From contig MU056000.1 in the NCBI GenBank assembly GCA_013239625.1, forward strand, positions 8,347,214 through 8,411,213: a stretch of 64,000 nt of DNA, written 5' to 3'. The stretch's first letter is position 1. Every line of letters begins with the position of its first letter. The translations under genes were made by a program, and so were the position numbers. This DNA comes from Lama guanicoe (Eukaryota). Under the pieces are notes generated by a model that was given only the letters and a program-made list of their open reading frames with translations, was not told the DNA's origin and did not search any database. This document shows positions 1 to 12,872 of this stretch, piece by piece.

Positions 1-212
1 TCTACACAATATTATAATTTCTACCCTTAAAATGGAATGTTTAGTCCATTTATATTTACTGTAATTTTTAATAAAGGTTGGATTTAATCTACTGTACTTC
101 TCTATTTGTTAATGGTTCATCATGGGTTATGTTGTTCCCTGTAAAGTACGTTAACTTTTTCTCTAACAGATAGCTGAATTACAAGTGGAACACCTTGAGC
201 CTTTCAGTATGG

Positions 213-1007
213 TGTAACAGGAAATATAAACTTGTTTTTCATCTCAGGTTCTTGGCACAGAGCTCCCAAATAAAACCCTTGGAGTTTCCTGAGTAATAAG
301 GTGATAGGTGTGCCTTTTTTTCTAATGAGGGAATCCTTGGCCAGCTCCTAGATAGCTTCAGGATGGGGACTGATTGTCAGAGAGACCAAGACTTGATTAG
401 AAGCTTGGAATTTTAGCCCCAGCCCCCAACCTTGGGGTGGGGGAGGGGGACAGGTATGGAGAGGTGCTGGAGATTGAGTTAATAAGCAACAGTAGCCATT
501 GATTTACTCAATCATACCTCTGTAATAAAATCCCCATAAACACCCTCAAACCCCCAAATATCGGGGTTCAGAGAGCTCCTGGGTTGGTGAACTCACTGGT
601 GGCGGGAGGGTGGGGCACCCAGAGAGGAAACTCTGTACCGCTCCCCCCAAGATGTACCTTGTCCTGTGCATCTTTTCCCTTTGGCTGTTCCTGAGCTGTA
701 TCCTCCACAATAAATGAGTAACAGTACATGAAGTGTTTTCCTGATTTCTGTGATTTGTTCTAGCAAATTATTAAACCCCAGGAAAGCGTTATAGAAACCC
801 TCAGTTTACAGCTGGTTGGCCAGAAGCACAGGTGGCCCCTGGGACTTGTAACGGGCATCTGAACCGAGGACAGTCTTGCAGGACTGGGGCCTTAACTGTG
901 AGATCCATGCTAACTCTGGGGACCTAGCGTTAGAATTGAGTTGTTGAACACCCAGCTAGTACCCCGAGAATCAGAAAACTGGTTTGCTGGGGTTAGAAAA
1001 CATCACA
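213..1007 (+). mobile_element. MER21C-like solo LTR
   Basis: TG...CA ends (tgtaacagg / aacatcaca). Diagnostic MER21 blocks: ggcacagagctcc-aaaacccttgga, cctagatagcttcaggatgggg, ggggttcagagagctcctgggttggtgaac, gctgttcctgagctgtatcc, tctagcaaattatt. Confidence 0.8.
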
Positions 1008-1334
1008 GCATCGGAACTGGTTTTTCGCCTTAATGGAGTCAGTGTATTCTGTTTTTCTTCTTAGTACCAGGACATCACTTTGACTCTCAGTGATGGTTCT
1101 TGCAAAATGTGGCTTTTCTGGGGGCTCAGTTGAACGTCCGCTGTGCTCAGCGAGGCTGTTTCATTCTGACTGGACCAGAACTCCAGCACCACTCAGCGCC
1201 ACACGGCCTCTGGCACCTCCGTTCAGCTCTTTCTTCCACAGAAGCTGTTCTACCCGAAGCCTCTGGGAGTCTCACCTCGGACATGGGCACTCAGCCCTTG
1301 GCCAGGGACCGAGTATGAACGAAAACTACTGCAA

Positions 1335-1800
1335 AGCATCTCAATAAACAAAGAATGCTGAAGCCATCAAGTCATCAGCCGCTGCCGCCACCCCCCAGTG
1401 AAGACAAGCCTGCAGGCCGGCCTCTGCAGCCACTCGCAATGGTGCACCCTGAGGGGACTCAGAATAAGAAAGGACAGGACACTGGCCCTAGATGGCTAGG
1501 TGCTTGTCAAAGGAATGAATTCAATGAGCCCAAATATTGGCTCCCTCCCATACACAGAAAGGCACTAAATTCTATAACTTGAGACGCCTGGTTTTCTTTA
1601 GTTAACAAGTAAGCTTTTAATGTTTCAGCTACCTGGTCTTTGTTGTAAAGCTCCTGTATATCCTAGCTCCTCCCCTACCTCTTCGGAGCAGTCCCTCAGA
1701 GCCATCTGAGAGGCCGTCATCCCGGGCTGAGGCCTCAGAATTGTCCATCGAATAAAACATAACCCTCAACTTTTAGGTTGTGCGTTTATTTCAGCCGACA
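1335..1800 (+). mobile_element. ERV1-class solo LTR
   Basis: LTR layout: TATA-like tgtatat (~1656), AATAAA at ~1751, 3' end tttcagccgaca. Motifs caccctgaggggactcagaataag and gagccatctgagaggc resemble artiodactyl ERV1 LTRs. 5' boundary approximate. Confidence 0.65.
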
Positions 1801-2709
1801 GGAGCGACCATCCTACGCAACTCTCACACTTTCCTCTTCTCTGCTACCCTGCTGTTCAAATCCCAGTGTTTTCAGCAGCATCAAACTCTGGTGCCTGCTC
1901 CTTCGCTCACGAAGCTCCACTTTCTCTCCTTGTGTCAGTGATGGGAAGCCACCCCGTGGCTAAAAGCTGGGACAGAGGTGAGACACCTCACATGCTTCTT
2001 TTCCCCCAAGAATCAAGTCCTGCACAACCTGTTGTCCAAAGCCTGAAGACAACTGCCCCCTACACCTGTTCTGTGTTGCAGCTGCTTATGCCACGTGCCC
2101 ATCTTCGACTAATCTTTACGACCAGAAGCAGAATCCCAGTCAAGTACTTGTTAAGAATATCGCTACTATTACTTGTAGTAATAGTATTTAAGGGCCATAA
2201 TGAACACTTTCCGGTCAAGAGTAAACACTAAACGGGTTAGAATAGTGGGTACTCATACTGCAGTAACAAAAAGATAGTTGGAATCGGATTTTGGACTTCT
2301 TCAGCTGGGATAAAGGGTACTTACTCCATTAGATTGGCAGAAGGGAAGCTTTGAAGAATTCTCAGCCGGTGGGATGAGATCATGCATCCAGCTCAGCTTT
2401 AGCAGGAACAGGAAATGGGGTGAGATCTGCACAGGGAGACCAGGGAAGACGGTGCTACCTGAGGTGGTGAGGCTGTGAGGAGGATGGAGGCAGGGATGAA
2501 CTGAACGCAAGGGGACTAGGAAGTGCCGTTCCCCATGGCTACTCCTGGATTATTGTGCTGCAAGAAAAGTATAAGCCAAAGCTTTTGAGCCTGCCTGATT
2601 TGAGGGTGTGGGAAAGCACAGTCACCAGAAATAAGGAATTTGGGGAAAGTAGCTAATTTTAAGAATTCCACCATTTTGAGTGTGAAAGCTGGTAAGATAG
2701 CACACATTG

Positions 2710-2900
2710 AAAAAGAAGATACCCAGGTAGAAATGACCAGCAGACAACTGAAAATATTGGTCTAGAGCCTCCAGACAGGACTGAATTCCAATATTAATTT
2801 GAGAATATTTGTATGTATTGGGAGATGACTGAGTTTACGCAGGAGAGAAAAATGAATCATTAGCATAAGATAGAATCTGGGGAAAAACTCCAAATTGGGA
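2710..2900 (-). mobile_element. L2 fragment
   Basis: Degenerate L2 antisense motif cagcagacaactgaaaatattggtctagagcctccagacagg. Confidence 0.4.
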
Positions 2901-2988
2901 AAGAGAACATGGCAATACTTACATTGTTTCAATTATTCTTACTTTGAGAACTTCAGAATCTTTGCATTTAGAGTATTAGTCTAGCTTC

Positions 2989-3013
2989 TGTGTGTGTGTG
3001 TGTGTGTGTGTGT
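2989..3013. repeat. (TG)12 microsatellite
   Basis: Direct reading of the sequence. Confidence 0.95.
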
Positions 3014-3559
3014 TCCAAATTGACATATAAACCTTACAACTGTTTTAGTGTTGTAATGACACAAAATTATCCAGGTGATAAGAAAGTAAAACACAGTTAA
3101 AGCACACAAATCTATGCAGGATGGATATCACTAAAAGCAAAATCGAATTTTAAAATCTGGAGAAGAAATAATAAATAGAAAATTGTTAATTGTGGCTGAA
3201 TTTCAGAAACATGTGTAATCAACTCCTGGATTAAAGAATTATTCAAGTAACAGTTAGTCACTAACCATGATAACTTTGACCATGACACATATAAAAGAAG
3301 AACACATAAAAGTAAGTCTATTATATCTGAAAAATAAACTCTTAGCGATAGCAATACAAGTGTATGATGATTGGTCGTTTGTTTTTTTTTTTTCCTGTTG
3401 AACCCAAATAAAGCAGTTGCAACAAGTTACTAGGGAATCCATAATTTTAAAAAGATACTATAATTATAATGAGTTAGAATGAGCAGAAGTCTCTAGACTT
3501 GAAAAGAGTACTGGGTAAAGGCAAAAATACTTTCTACTTTGGCACATAAACCCTGAGAT

Positions 3560-3695
3560 GTCACTCAGAAGACATCTTAGAGATCGCTCTTTCTAGAGAA
3601 GAAAATGTGAGGTTCAGAAAGGTGAGAAGATTTTACAAAAGTTTGCATGAAAAAAAAGCAAAACCGAAACTACAATTCTAACTTTTTACTGCCTC
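3560..3695 (-). mobile_element. MIR fragment
   Basis: Core-like tctagagaagaaaatgtgaggttcagaaaggtgagaagattt. Confidence 0.45.
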
Positions 3696-5923
3696 TTAAG
3701 ACCCTTTAGAAACTGAGTTCCTGATTTGTGAAATAAAGGCACTGGTTCTTATGGAATCCATCACCAGAGTATTCCTCCTGAAATGCCAACTTCTTCAAGT
3801 CTTGTGACTTTCTTTAATGTGCTCTCCTCAGAGGATGATATTTCTCAGAATTAAATTTCCCAAAATATGACTAAATCATCTCAAAATTATTTTAATACAT
3901 TGTTAAAATACACAGACCAGAGACTTTTATAAAAAGGCATGTATCTAAAGTTGCTGGCAAATTTTATCTTCGCTAGGACATTGAGAAAGCCACTCATGTG
4001 GATACTAAAACTGGAAAGAGGGCCATGTCCTCCCTCTTCAGAAAGAAATTACTTCTTTCTGACTGGAAAGATCAAATAAGAAAGGATTTTAGATTTCTAG
4101 TTTAGAGATGCAAATGTGTAGTCTTTCTTTCCTTACTACCTTTTGGAGACAGAAACAAGTTTAGAGTAAAGAGTAGGTCCTTCTAATTTGATGTAAAAAG
4201 TAAGAAAAACAAATGAAGGCTTCTGCTTCAATTCATTCTGTGAAACTAAACATGATTACTAGGCAGTTAGCTGCTCAGACAACAGCCACCAGGGAACAGA
4301 TAAAGTGGCCAAAATACTTCCAGTCGCACTCACCTGAGAAAGAAAGGACCAGAGCACCACGTCAGGAGCAGGGCTGCATTAAGTCATGAGCTAAAGGGAG
4401 TTTTGGGAGTGACAAAGGGACTGAATGGTTCCTAGCTATTTTTAAGATTTTCATTTTAAAGAAATGCTTCTCATCCAGGTCTTAATGAAGGTAAGACTCA
4501 AACACAGCTCTCACGGAGTCACTGCAGATGGCCTTCCTTGCATTTGGACTTTCTGGAGAAAAAGCGACCATGGCTTTTTGTAGAAAAATATGTCTGCATA
4601 ACTGATGTGAAATATAAACTTTAAATAAAAATCAGATTATTTTAATGTTCTCCACTATCCTCATGTTCTCTGTCCATAGATGGATGCGCAATTAAAAGAG
4701 AGCCAAAGTTTCCCACTAAAGATGAAATATTCAACCATGAACTTGAGTTTCCACTCCTACCTGCAACTGATATTTTAATATATACAGCCTGTCCATGTAT
4801 TCAATGGAAAATAGTCAAGTTAACTATTAAGATGCTTAATGAGTAGGATGGAGATATTCCTGGAAGAAAAGATATCTGTTCCTGGAAAATAAAATAGTTT
4901 TTTTCCTGACGCTAACAGGCAGAAAAAACACTGAAGTATGATGTACTCCTAAAACCATGAATTAGTATTATATGTGTGTATGTAGAGAATGTATGTGTTT
5001 TCAATTAACATAGCATAAAAATTCTTCTCAATTAATTACCATTCTAAATACTATTTTCTAGTGCAGTATTTATAATTGGGAAATCAATGAAGCCAAATTT
5101 TAAACTCTCAGACATTCTTAAAACATGTGAAATTCAATTCACAGACAGAATAAATAAAGGATTATTTCTAATCAAATAATTCAGAAAGGAGTCAGAATTT
5201 GACCTAGGAAGACTAAGAAAATAATTATAAGATATTAGATAGGTAAAATTAAAATATTAAAAGACATTCTTTATTTTACCACTGTATTCATAGCTAATAG
5301 CATTAAATAACTCTAAGCTATGTCCTTGAATTATGTTAGTTTGTGGAATTAATTTTAATGATGGTGGAAGGCATTTGACTGGCAACATTTCAAAGCAGCA
5401 TTTCCTACTGAGCCAAGAAGGTAGAAACCATCTCAAGACCAGATGCTATTCCATCTTCAAATTCCACTAGCTGCCAACAGATCTCAAAGCTACAGGGGAG
5501 TTAATTAAAAAGATTTCATTTTAAAATTCATTCAGATCTGAATGCCTCAGCTAAGGCTGCTAATGAAAATGCTGTTCCATGCTAAAAAGAAATTGGTTGC
5601 TAACATTGATATCTTTATTCAAAATGTCACACGTCGATCAAACCGTATCACTGTCAAAACAGCATTTGAAAAAAAGATCACTGCTGGGTGAAAGAAAACT
5701 GGGGGGGAAAATTTTAAAAAGAATTTCCAGGACTGATTGTATCAAGGAGACTTTTAAAAATTAAAATAGCTACCTTAGCTTCATAACATAAACTCATGAA
5801 CAAATTAAAATATCACAGAAAAACATGTGTTCATTTCCTGAGTCTCAGATGGCTGAAATCATTTCCATCCAAATGATCAGCTCTAATTCATCTGCCATGC
5901 TGTTTCCCCCCATGGATACTTAC

Positions 5924-5990
5924 CAAGGAAACCTGGAATTGACGACTTAGTGGTTTTCCACCCACCACAGAATGAACTGCTCCAATACAT
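5924..5990 (-). other. Candidate short 5' coding exon (MYWSSSFCGGWKTTKSSIPGFL, phase-1 donor); unverified
   Basis: Minus-strand ATG at 5990, 22 open codons, then consensus donor TTG|GTAAGT (5923-5918). TATTTAAA on the minus strand near 6196-6203. Lies in repeat-free sequence. Peptide not recognised. Confidence 0.2.
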
Positions 5991-6364
5991 CTATTTCAGG
6001 GAATGAAGTATGAAGTTGTTCTTCACTGCAGGATTAAGCATGCAATTGTAGGAAGAAGGCACATTAATTGTGTTGTGAAGTCACTGCTTTGAAGGAAGAA
6101 CCCCAGTTAAAGGAGTGGCTCCTCTGAGTGGGAAATCACTGAAACGTCTGTCTTTGGTGTCACCTAGTTTTCTGCTACTCAAGGTGCTGGCCCTCTTTAA
6201 ATAATAAGCATGACCCTGAACTGGAAATTAATTTCCCAACCAGATTTCCACTGGATAACTAAAGTCACGCCTGAGTTCACAGGTAATCTGTGATTGATAC
6301 ATAGTGTGTCTCAGCAGTGAAATTACGTAGTTCACAGATGTGGTGATGACTACAAAGGTCTGGC

Positions 6365-7125
6365 TGGGAGCTGAGCCTGTGAATCTCAGCTCCGCTCCTC
6401 AGTAGCTATGAGATAGTGAGCAAGTTCATGTGAGTCGCTTCATGGCTGGAATTGGGACAACGACACTTACATTTAAGAGTTGTTGTTGGAAACAGCCTAA
6501 ATGTCCATCAACAGGTGACTGGATAAAGAAGATGGGGTATATTTATACAATGGAATACTATCCAGCCATAAAAATGACAACATAATGCCATTTGCTGCAA
6601 CATGGATGTCCCTGGAGAATGTCGTTCTAAGTGAAGTAAGCCAGAAAGAGAAAGAAAAATACCATATGAGATTGCTCATATGTGGAATCTAAAAAAAAAA
6701 AAAAAGAACATAAATACAAAACAGAAACAGACTCATAGACATCGTATACAAATTTGTGGTTGCCAAGGGGGCCAGTGGTGGGAAGGCACAGACTGGGAGT
6801 TTGAAATTTGTGGAGACTGATAGGCATATAGAGAATAGATAAACAAGATTGTACTGTGTAGCACGGGGAAATATATAAAAGACCTTGTGATAGCTCGCAG
6901 TGAAAAAAACGTGACAATGAACATATGTATGTTCATGTATAACTGAAAAATTGTGCTCTACACTGGAATCTGACTATAACTCAATAAAATGAGTATAACT
7001 CTTAGAGTAAAATGACCATAACTCAATAAAAAAAGGTTAAAAAAAGAGTTGTTGTACAGGTTGATACAAATTGCTCTGCACAGTATTCAGTTTTAGCATA
7101 CAGCAGGCTATTTAATACAAACGGA
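6365..7125 (+). mobile_element. MIR split by the L1 insertion (pieces ~6365-6486 and ~7056-7125)
   Basis: gtgaatctcagctccgctcctcagtagctatgag...agagttgttgt resumes after the L1 as acagg...gcacagtattcag...gcatacagcagg, following MIR consensus order. Confidence 0.55.
6487..7043 (+). mobile_element. 5'-truncated young L1 (ORF2 C-terminus, 3'UTR, A-tail)
   Basis: Encodes WKQPKCPSTGDWIKKM...MPFAATWMSLENVVLSEVSQKEKEKYHM (L1 ORF2 end, frameshifted). Perfect 12-bp TSD AAGAGTTGTTGT at 6475-6486 and 7044-7055, with a TT|AAGA endonuclease-type site. Confidence 0.95.
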
Positions 7126-7847
7126 ACTTGTGAGATCTGCATGTAATTATCATCACATTTCCAAAGACACAAGGTTCCCATCGTTAGGGATGTCCCCTGA
7201 GGGAAAATGGCCTAAGTGACATAAGGGCGTTCTCTCTATCCAGGTGCTATCACTGATTTTGTATCTCAGTGCTTTACGGGATAGTGCATCAAGCATGGCT
7301 ATTTCCTGGAGAGTTTTAACATTCCATAATGGCAGATTCACATAACTGCACGTAAATTAAATAAAATATATCAGCTTCTTCTATCTTAAAATATTGATGT
7401 GGACTTGAGAACTGAGTAAGATGTGTCTTCGGGACCAGCTAAGTGACAAGAAAGGACTCTTGGCAGTCCCTGCCCTCAGTCACACCCGCCTCACCCTGTC
7501 GGAATTCCTTCACTTCATCCAAATGGGCCGTTAAGCCTCCTGCTTCACAGATAGTATCATGCTTAAGATGTGCTGCAGAAATATGTCAGAAGAAAACAAA
7601 ATGCAGCATATTTTTTTAGATAAACATCACTCAGGAATCATATGCATTGTGGGCAAAGAAATACAAACAATTTCCAAAGACCTGAGCTCTTTGCCAGACC
7701 TGGATGCGGTGAGCAAAAGATTATTAAATGTATTTCACACAAACTGGATTTGTACTATAGAAGGATGGAGAAGAAAGATGAGACAATTCCGACACCTTAG
7801 TCTAAGGGGGATAAAGGCACGTACACAAATTGCAACCTGAGATAAAA

Positions 7848-8000
7848 TCATGGTCTACAGGTTCAGTTGCACAGTTTGTGCACTGCCCAAAATAGTCCCT
7901 GGAGGGAGAGGAAACTAGAGGCTGAAATCTGACCCTCACTACCCTGGCTAAACTATGCCCCCTTGTCCAGGCCTAGGTCTTCCTAGAAGGAACACCCCGA
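7848..8000. mobile_element. MER91A-like hAT DNA transposon remnant
   Basis: gttgcacagtttgtgcactgccc...gaggctgaaatctgaccc resembles the MER91A consensus. Confidence 0.45.
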
Positions 8001-8757
8001 GTCAACAGGCTTATAGCAGCAGCTCAGAGGGGAAACGAAACCTTACAGACCTAGAACTGAACTTTAAGAAAAGGACAAAGACTAAACAAAGAATTGCTTT
8101 TGCCTAGAAAGATCTTTGCACCTTTCAGAGAGGAAGTTTTAAAAAAGAGTTTTCGTAGATGAGATGATCTCAATAGTCAGAAATGACGAAATAAAAAAGT
8201 TTCCCCACGTTAAGTTGGAGGAATACATTAGGGTAAAAAATGAAAGTGCAACTGTTACGTGATCATTAAATGGAACTAATTGTGCCTCATCACGAATTGT
8301 TCTCTTTGTGCATCTGAGCAGGAGGCACAGAGCCGGCTGCCTGGCCCGTCTGGGTACTGGACAACGGAAGGTAAGTACTGGAGAGTCCTAACCACTCCTG
8401 TGTGATGTGAAGCGAAGGAATGATTCTGTGTTTCAAATGGAGAGAATCCGACTTCTATGAAACTGAAAACAAAGTCCACACAGTTGGGATACAAATCAGG
8501 CAAATCTCTTCTAATGTTTTAAGTAATGTTTACAGGTTACAAAGTCAGGAAGTCCAAGACCGCCACTTTGGACACACATCACTCCTGAGTTTTCCAGAAA
8601 GTCTGGAACTAATGCCATGCTTAGGGGAGATCAATGTGATTTTCCCACCCAAGCAGGGAACAGCAGGAGGGCAGTAACTGCTTGCTGCGGATTTCACTTC
8701 CTGTAGTCCTCTCGTTGTATTTACCTTTCCATCTGTTTAGAGATACAGCTCTCACTG

Positions 8758-8822
8758 TTTATATATCTGAGCAGGAGATATAGATATATATAGATATATA
8801 GATAGATAGATACAGATATAAA
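8758..8822. repeat. Low-complexity (AGATAT)n/(AT)n tract
   Basis: agatatagatatatatagatatatagatagatagatacagatata. Confidence 0.8.
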
Positions 8823-9149
8823 TGCCACTGTACAAATGCATGTTTGTGGTTTTGCAATTCTTTTTTTTAAGCTGCTTCAAACATTGAGCAAAGACATTTC
8901 AAATTGCAGTAAATAATTATGCAGATGCTTTGGTCTGTATGAGTTAAAATTAACTTGGGATGCTGTTGCTTTATTTGTGAATTCAGTCTCACCTTAATTT
9001 TTTCTCATATTTGAAAATCTTATTCTGAAGGCTGTGTTTTATCGTTCTGGAAGTTTTGCGGTGGCCTCCAGCCAAAAGCATTAAGGATTCGAGTTGATGT
9101 TAGTTATTCAGGACCAGACGCAACTGATTTTTACATTAACAGTGATGTG

Positions 9150-9203
9150 ACATTTTAGGCAGGATTTGATTCATAACATTTTAGGCAGGACTTGATTTAT
9201 AAC
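9150..9203. repeat. 26-bp tandem duplication (2 copies, 2 mismatches)
   Basis: acattttaggcaggatttgattcata followed by acattttaggcaggacttgatttata. Confidence 0.9.
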
Positions 9204-12200
9204 TTCAGATAGGAGAGAGAATGGGATACAAAATTGAAGAAAAAATATATATACATCGATGTTAGTTGGAGGCTCAGTCATTGATCAACAAGTCCTAAAT
9301 CAGAACCACAGAAAGAGGAAAGGGACTCAGGTTTCGGCACTGGAGCAGGTTTTTGATTTGAGCATCTCCCCCAGACCATAATTATGACTGAATGCATTCA
9401 AGATCTAGGGAAGTCAATTCCGCTTAAACCATATTGACCAGACCTGGGCACATTCATCTCCTTACAAAAAGGAAGCCATATATACACACAGAGGTCTGGG
9501 AAATAGATCTCAGTATCTAATTATCAGAAAAAGTCAGCCATAAATTCAAATTAGTAAATGTGATGATGTTTTGGATCCCAAACAAGTATATAGTGGGGTT
9601 AGTGAAGGTATTGACCGCTTGAGCGGCTTTTGAATGCCAAATACAAGGCACACCCGCAGATCTTAAAGTAAAATAATATCTAGTTTTTTTTTTCTTCATG
9701 AAATAATCCCCTGGCTTTCAAAATGAGAGTTTTAATGAGTCTATTTGATAAAACATGTGCCAAGTTTCATTCAACAATTTATAACCTACTTAGGGAAAGC
9801 AGAAGTATTGAGTTGATTCAAATATTCACAGTAAGATGGCAGAAGGAATTATTTGGAAAGGCGCAAAACTAAAGAAAGTATAGCAGTTGCCCAAAAAACA
9901 AAACAAACAAACAAAAAAACCCCAGTCACAACAGAAGAACACCTGACATGCCATACATACACTTACAATGGGAAATGAACCAATCAGTGTAGAAACGTGT
10001 CTTCTATACCACCTACTCCAACTCCTGTTTTAATTCTGTAATCTCATTTTTGAAACACCCATTGGCACGGCCAACAGAGATTTATCTAAAGAGAATGTGT
10101 GCTCCTCCAGGCAAGTACAGACATTCTGAATCCATGTGGAGATGGACAGCCTCTGGTCAGGAACTGCACTGGAGTGGGAGAGAGGGGACCACGAGGGGTT
10201 GGACAGGACCTGGAGAAGCTGGACAGGACCAGTTCTTGACCCACTCAGAACCCCATCTTCTTTCACTACCTCTGTGTAACCCTACCCTCACCTCTCTTTA
10301 TCTCTTTTTAATTCTTCCTTTCTCTCCTGCATTTGACTTTGTCAGTCCTTCAAATTGTGATGTAGGAACAGTCAAAAACATTTCCTTGAATGAAATACTC
10401 GTATATTCACTAAATATGACTTTTGTAAAAGAATGGAAGTCCTGCCTCTACATAACATTTTGCAATCGTTTACGTATAATTTCCCTTTTTTCCGCTACTG
10501 CCTTTCAGGGATAAAGACAGCTCTGGACAGCGGCTTGCTTTCTAAAGAGGGAGGCCCTGTTCGATGTGGTAAGAAAGTCTGCATCAGAGCTTCACAGTCA
10601 TGATGGCTATGCCCATCTCAACGGGGTGGCAATTATGGAGAAAAGAGGTGGGAAATCCTTGAAGAGCCATAAAACGTGGCGGTGAAATAAATGTTTCACA
10701 CATCTGCAGTCCTGTCAACCCGGTGTTGGAGCTCAATTTATGGGGAGAAAAGTTAGGGAGGGGAGTCCGGTGAAATTCAGTGATTAAATACAGTAGGGAG
10801 AAGCTCGCAAACTGGAAGCGAATGAGTATTTATGAGTGATGCAAATCTCCGAAGTTTTACAGTAGCAATTAGAATACTAAACTTAGTCCAAATGGTCTTT
10901 GGATGCTCACAACAGTTAAAGAAAACAAGATGCACATCTTCCAAATTTCTCACAGCTGTTTGTTTTCAATACCTGAAGAAGTCTCTTAACCCCAAATCTG
11001 TGCCGTATTTTATCATTCCTTCACAGAGATTTTTTATCTCCAGGGAAGAAAGTCATTGAGCCATTCCTAATTGGTGCAGATAAACTGCATTCTATGTTTA
11101 TTAAGATTTCCTGCTATTCTTTTTGACTTCTAATTCTTAATCTCAGGACATTTCTTATGGAAGGCACTACTCCAATTAATACTGAATCTGTTCCCTCTTT
11201 GGGTAAATTAATATATTATCAGTAAATGATACTATTTATCAAACATTTCATTTTTTCAAAATTATCTCACCCTCTCTAAAAGAAAATCTAAAACTTCGTT
11301 CTCAATTGGTTACTTCGATTATAAACCAATCATTTTCTACTGGCTTGCTTAATCGATTCTCTGCTGACTTTTTGGTTCTAAGTGGTTTTCCAGTAAAGTG
11401 ACACCAGAAAGACTATTATAGTGATCGACCTTCTATAGATTAGAGGTTAATATGGAGACAAATTAAGAGGCAGGAAAGGAACTTGTTTCCAGAAGAAATA
11501 TTTAAAACTCTGGTGTATAATCATGTATTTAAGAAACGTGGGCAACTGAAATATGTTCATACGGTCTTAGGCAAACCCTGCATTAATTTTTTTTCCCTCC
11601 AATCACTGCTGTTCAAAACGTCAACGTGGATATTATGAGTAAATTCTATTTTCATCATAGGTAGGTATCATTTCCTTACAAAATACCTAGATTTTGTCAG
11701 TGCTTGTCCGAGACATTGCTAACAAGAAGTCCAGATTTGTGGCAAAGGTCAGGTTAATCCGATCCAGGAGGTGTCAAGCAGAACATGGCAGAGGTCCTAT
11801 TTATGTTGGAAATGTTTCTTTTCCCTCATTTTCTACACTCGCAAAATGTTACTCTGGTCCAACATTCCACAAATCGCTAAGAGAGAGAAAAGATTCCTTC
11901 ATCAGAGCAGGAAAACCATCCGCTCCATCATAAATCACTGATGAGTAATAAAATACCGGACCAGAACTTGGACAACAAGCAAGGGAACATTACAACAGGT
12001 CATGTCAGAATTCCTCTCACTGCTAGGAAGATAGTCTCGATAGGTTTTTCAGAAAACTAACGAATCAGATCAATCCTCTGTGCGCCAACCTGGAGTCAGC
12101 TCCTAACTCTGACAGAAATGTGCTTTCAGGTACGATTCAAATAGCTGCAGCTTCACGAAAAACCCAAAGTCTAACAGGGGAGACGAGGCTTTCAGAGCAG

Positions 12201-12872
12201 TGACTTCAGAATTCCGGGGCTGTATTTTCCATTAAGCGACTTGGCTAGAGCTATGGGCCGCTACCGAGTCACGAGTCAAAATAAAACCCCAGCCAGCACT
12301 CCGTCATCTGGACAGCTCAGGAGGCCACAATGCACATGGCAGAGTCTACCAAAGATTTCAAATGAAGTAAGATGGATTAGTTAATGCTATACCAACCATC
12401 AGCCTCGGTTAGGAAGTTCAATATTGCTAAGGCACAGCCCTCTAGCCCTGCTGAACACTGATATGAGCCGTGGATTAAGTCTGACGTGAGGTTCTGCAGG
12501 CTTTGGTCCAGCAAAAAATTAATCTGCTAAAATAACGTAAGCCATGCAGGCCACAAGAAGACTTAAGGCTAGTCTTCCTTCAGTAAAAAGTTACCAACAC
12601 AATCCTAATGTACCAGGTTAAGATTGTGGTAAGTTAGAGATTATATTTAAAAAATAAAAAACAGTTTCTGGCACAGCTGGTTCCAGCAATCAAGCAGAGA
12701 TGACTCTGCGATCCTTCTTGCCCCTGGTCCCTCACTACCGTTCCTCTTCTTTACTGGCCCGTGCCTGCTCACACTGACAGATGCACACGTTCCACATGGT
12801 GTCAAGATGGACACCACTGGTTCTGGGCTTACATCATTTTGAGAGTTGGAGATAGCAGAGACCAAGAGGGCA

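Larger units (their letters stand above)
1..2100 (-). mobile_element. Ancient L1M (L1MC-like) remnant, 5'/internal part, interrupted by two LTR insertions
   Basis: Antisense old-L1 motifs at 30-95 (tttagtccatttatatttactgtaatt) and 2010-2090 (aagtcctgcacaacctgttgtccaaagcctgaagacaactg). Pieces occupy about 1-212, 1008-1335 and 1801-2100. Heavily diverged; boundaries approximate. Confidence 0.5.
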
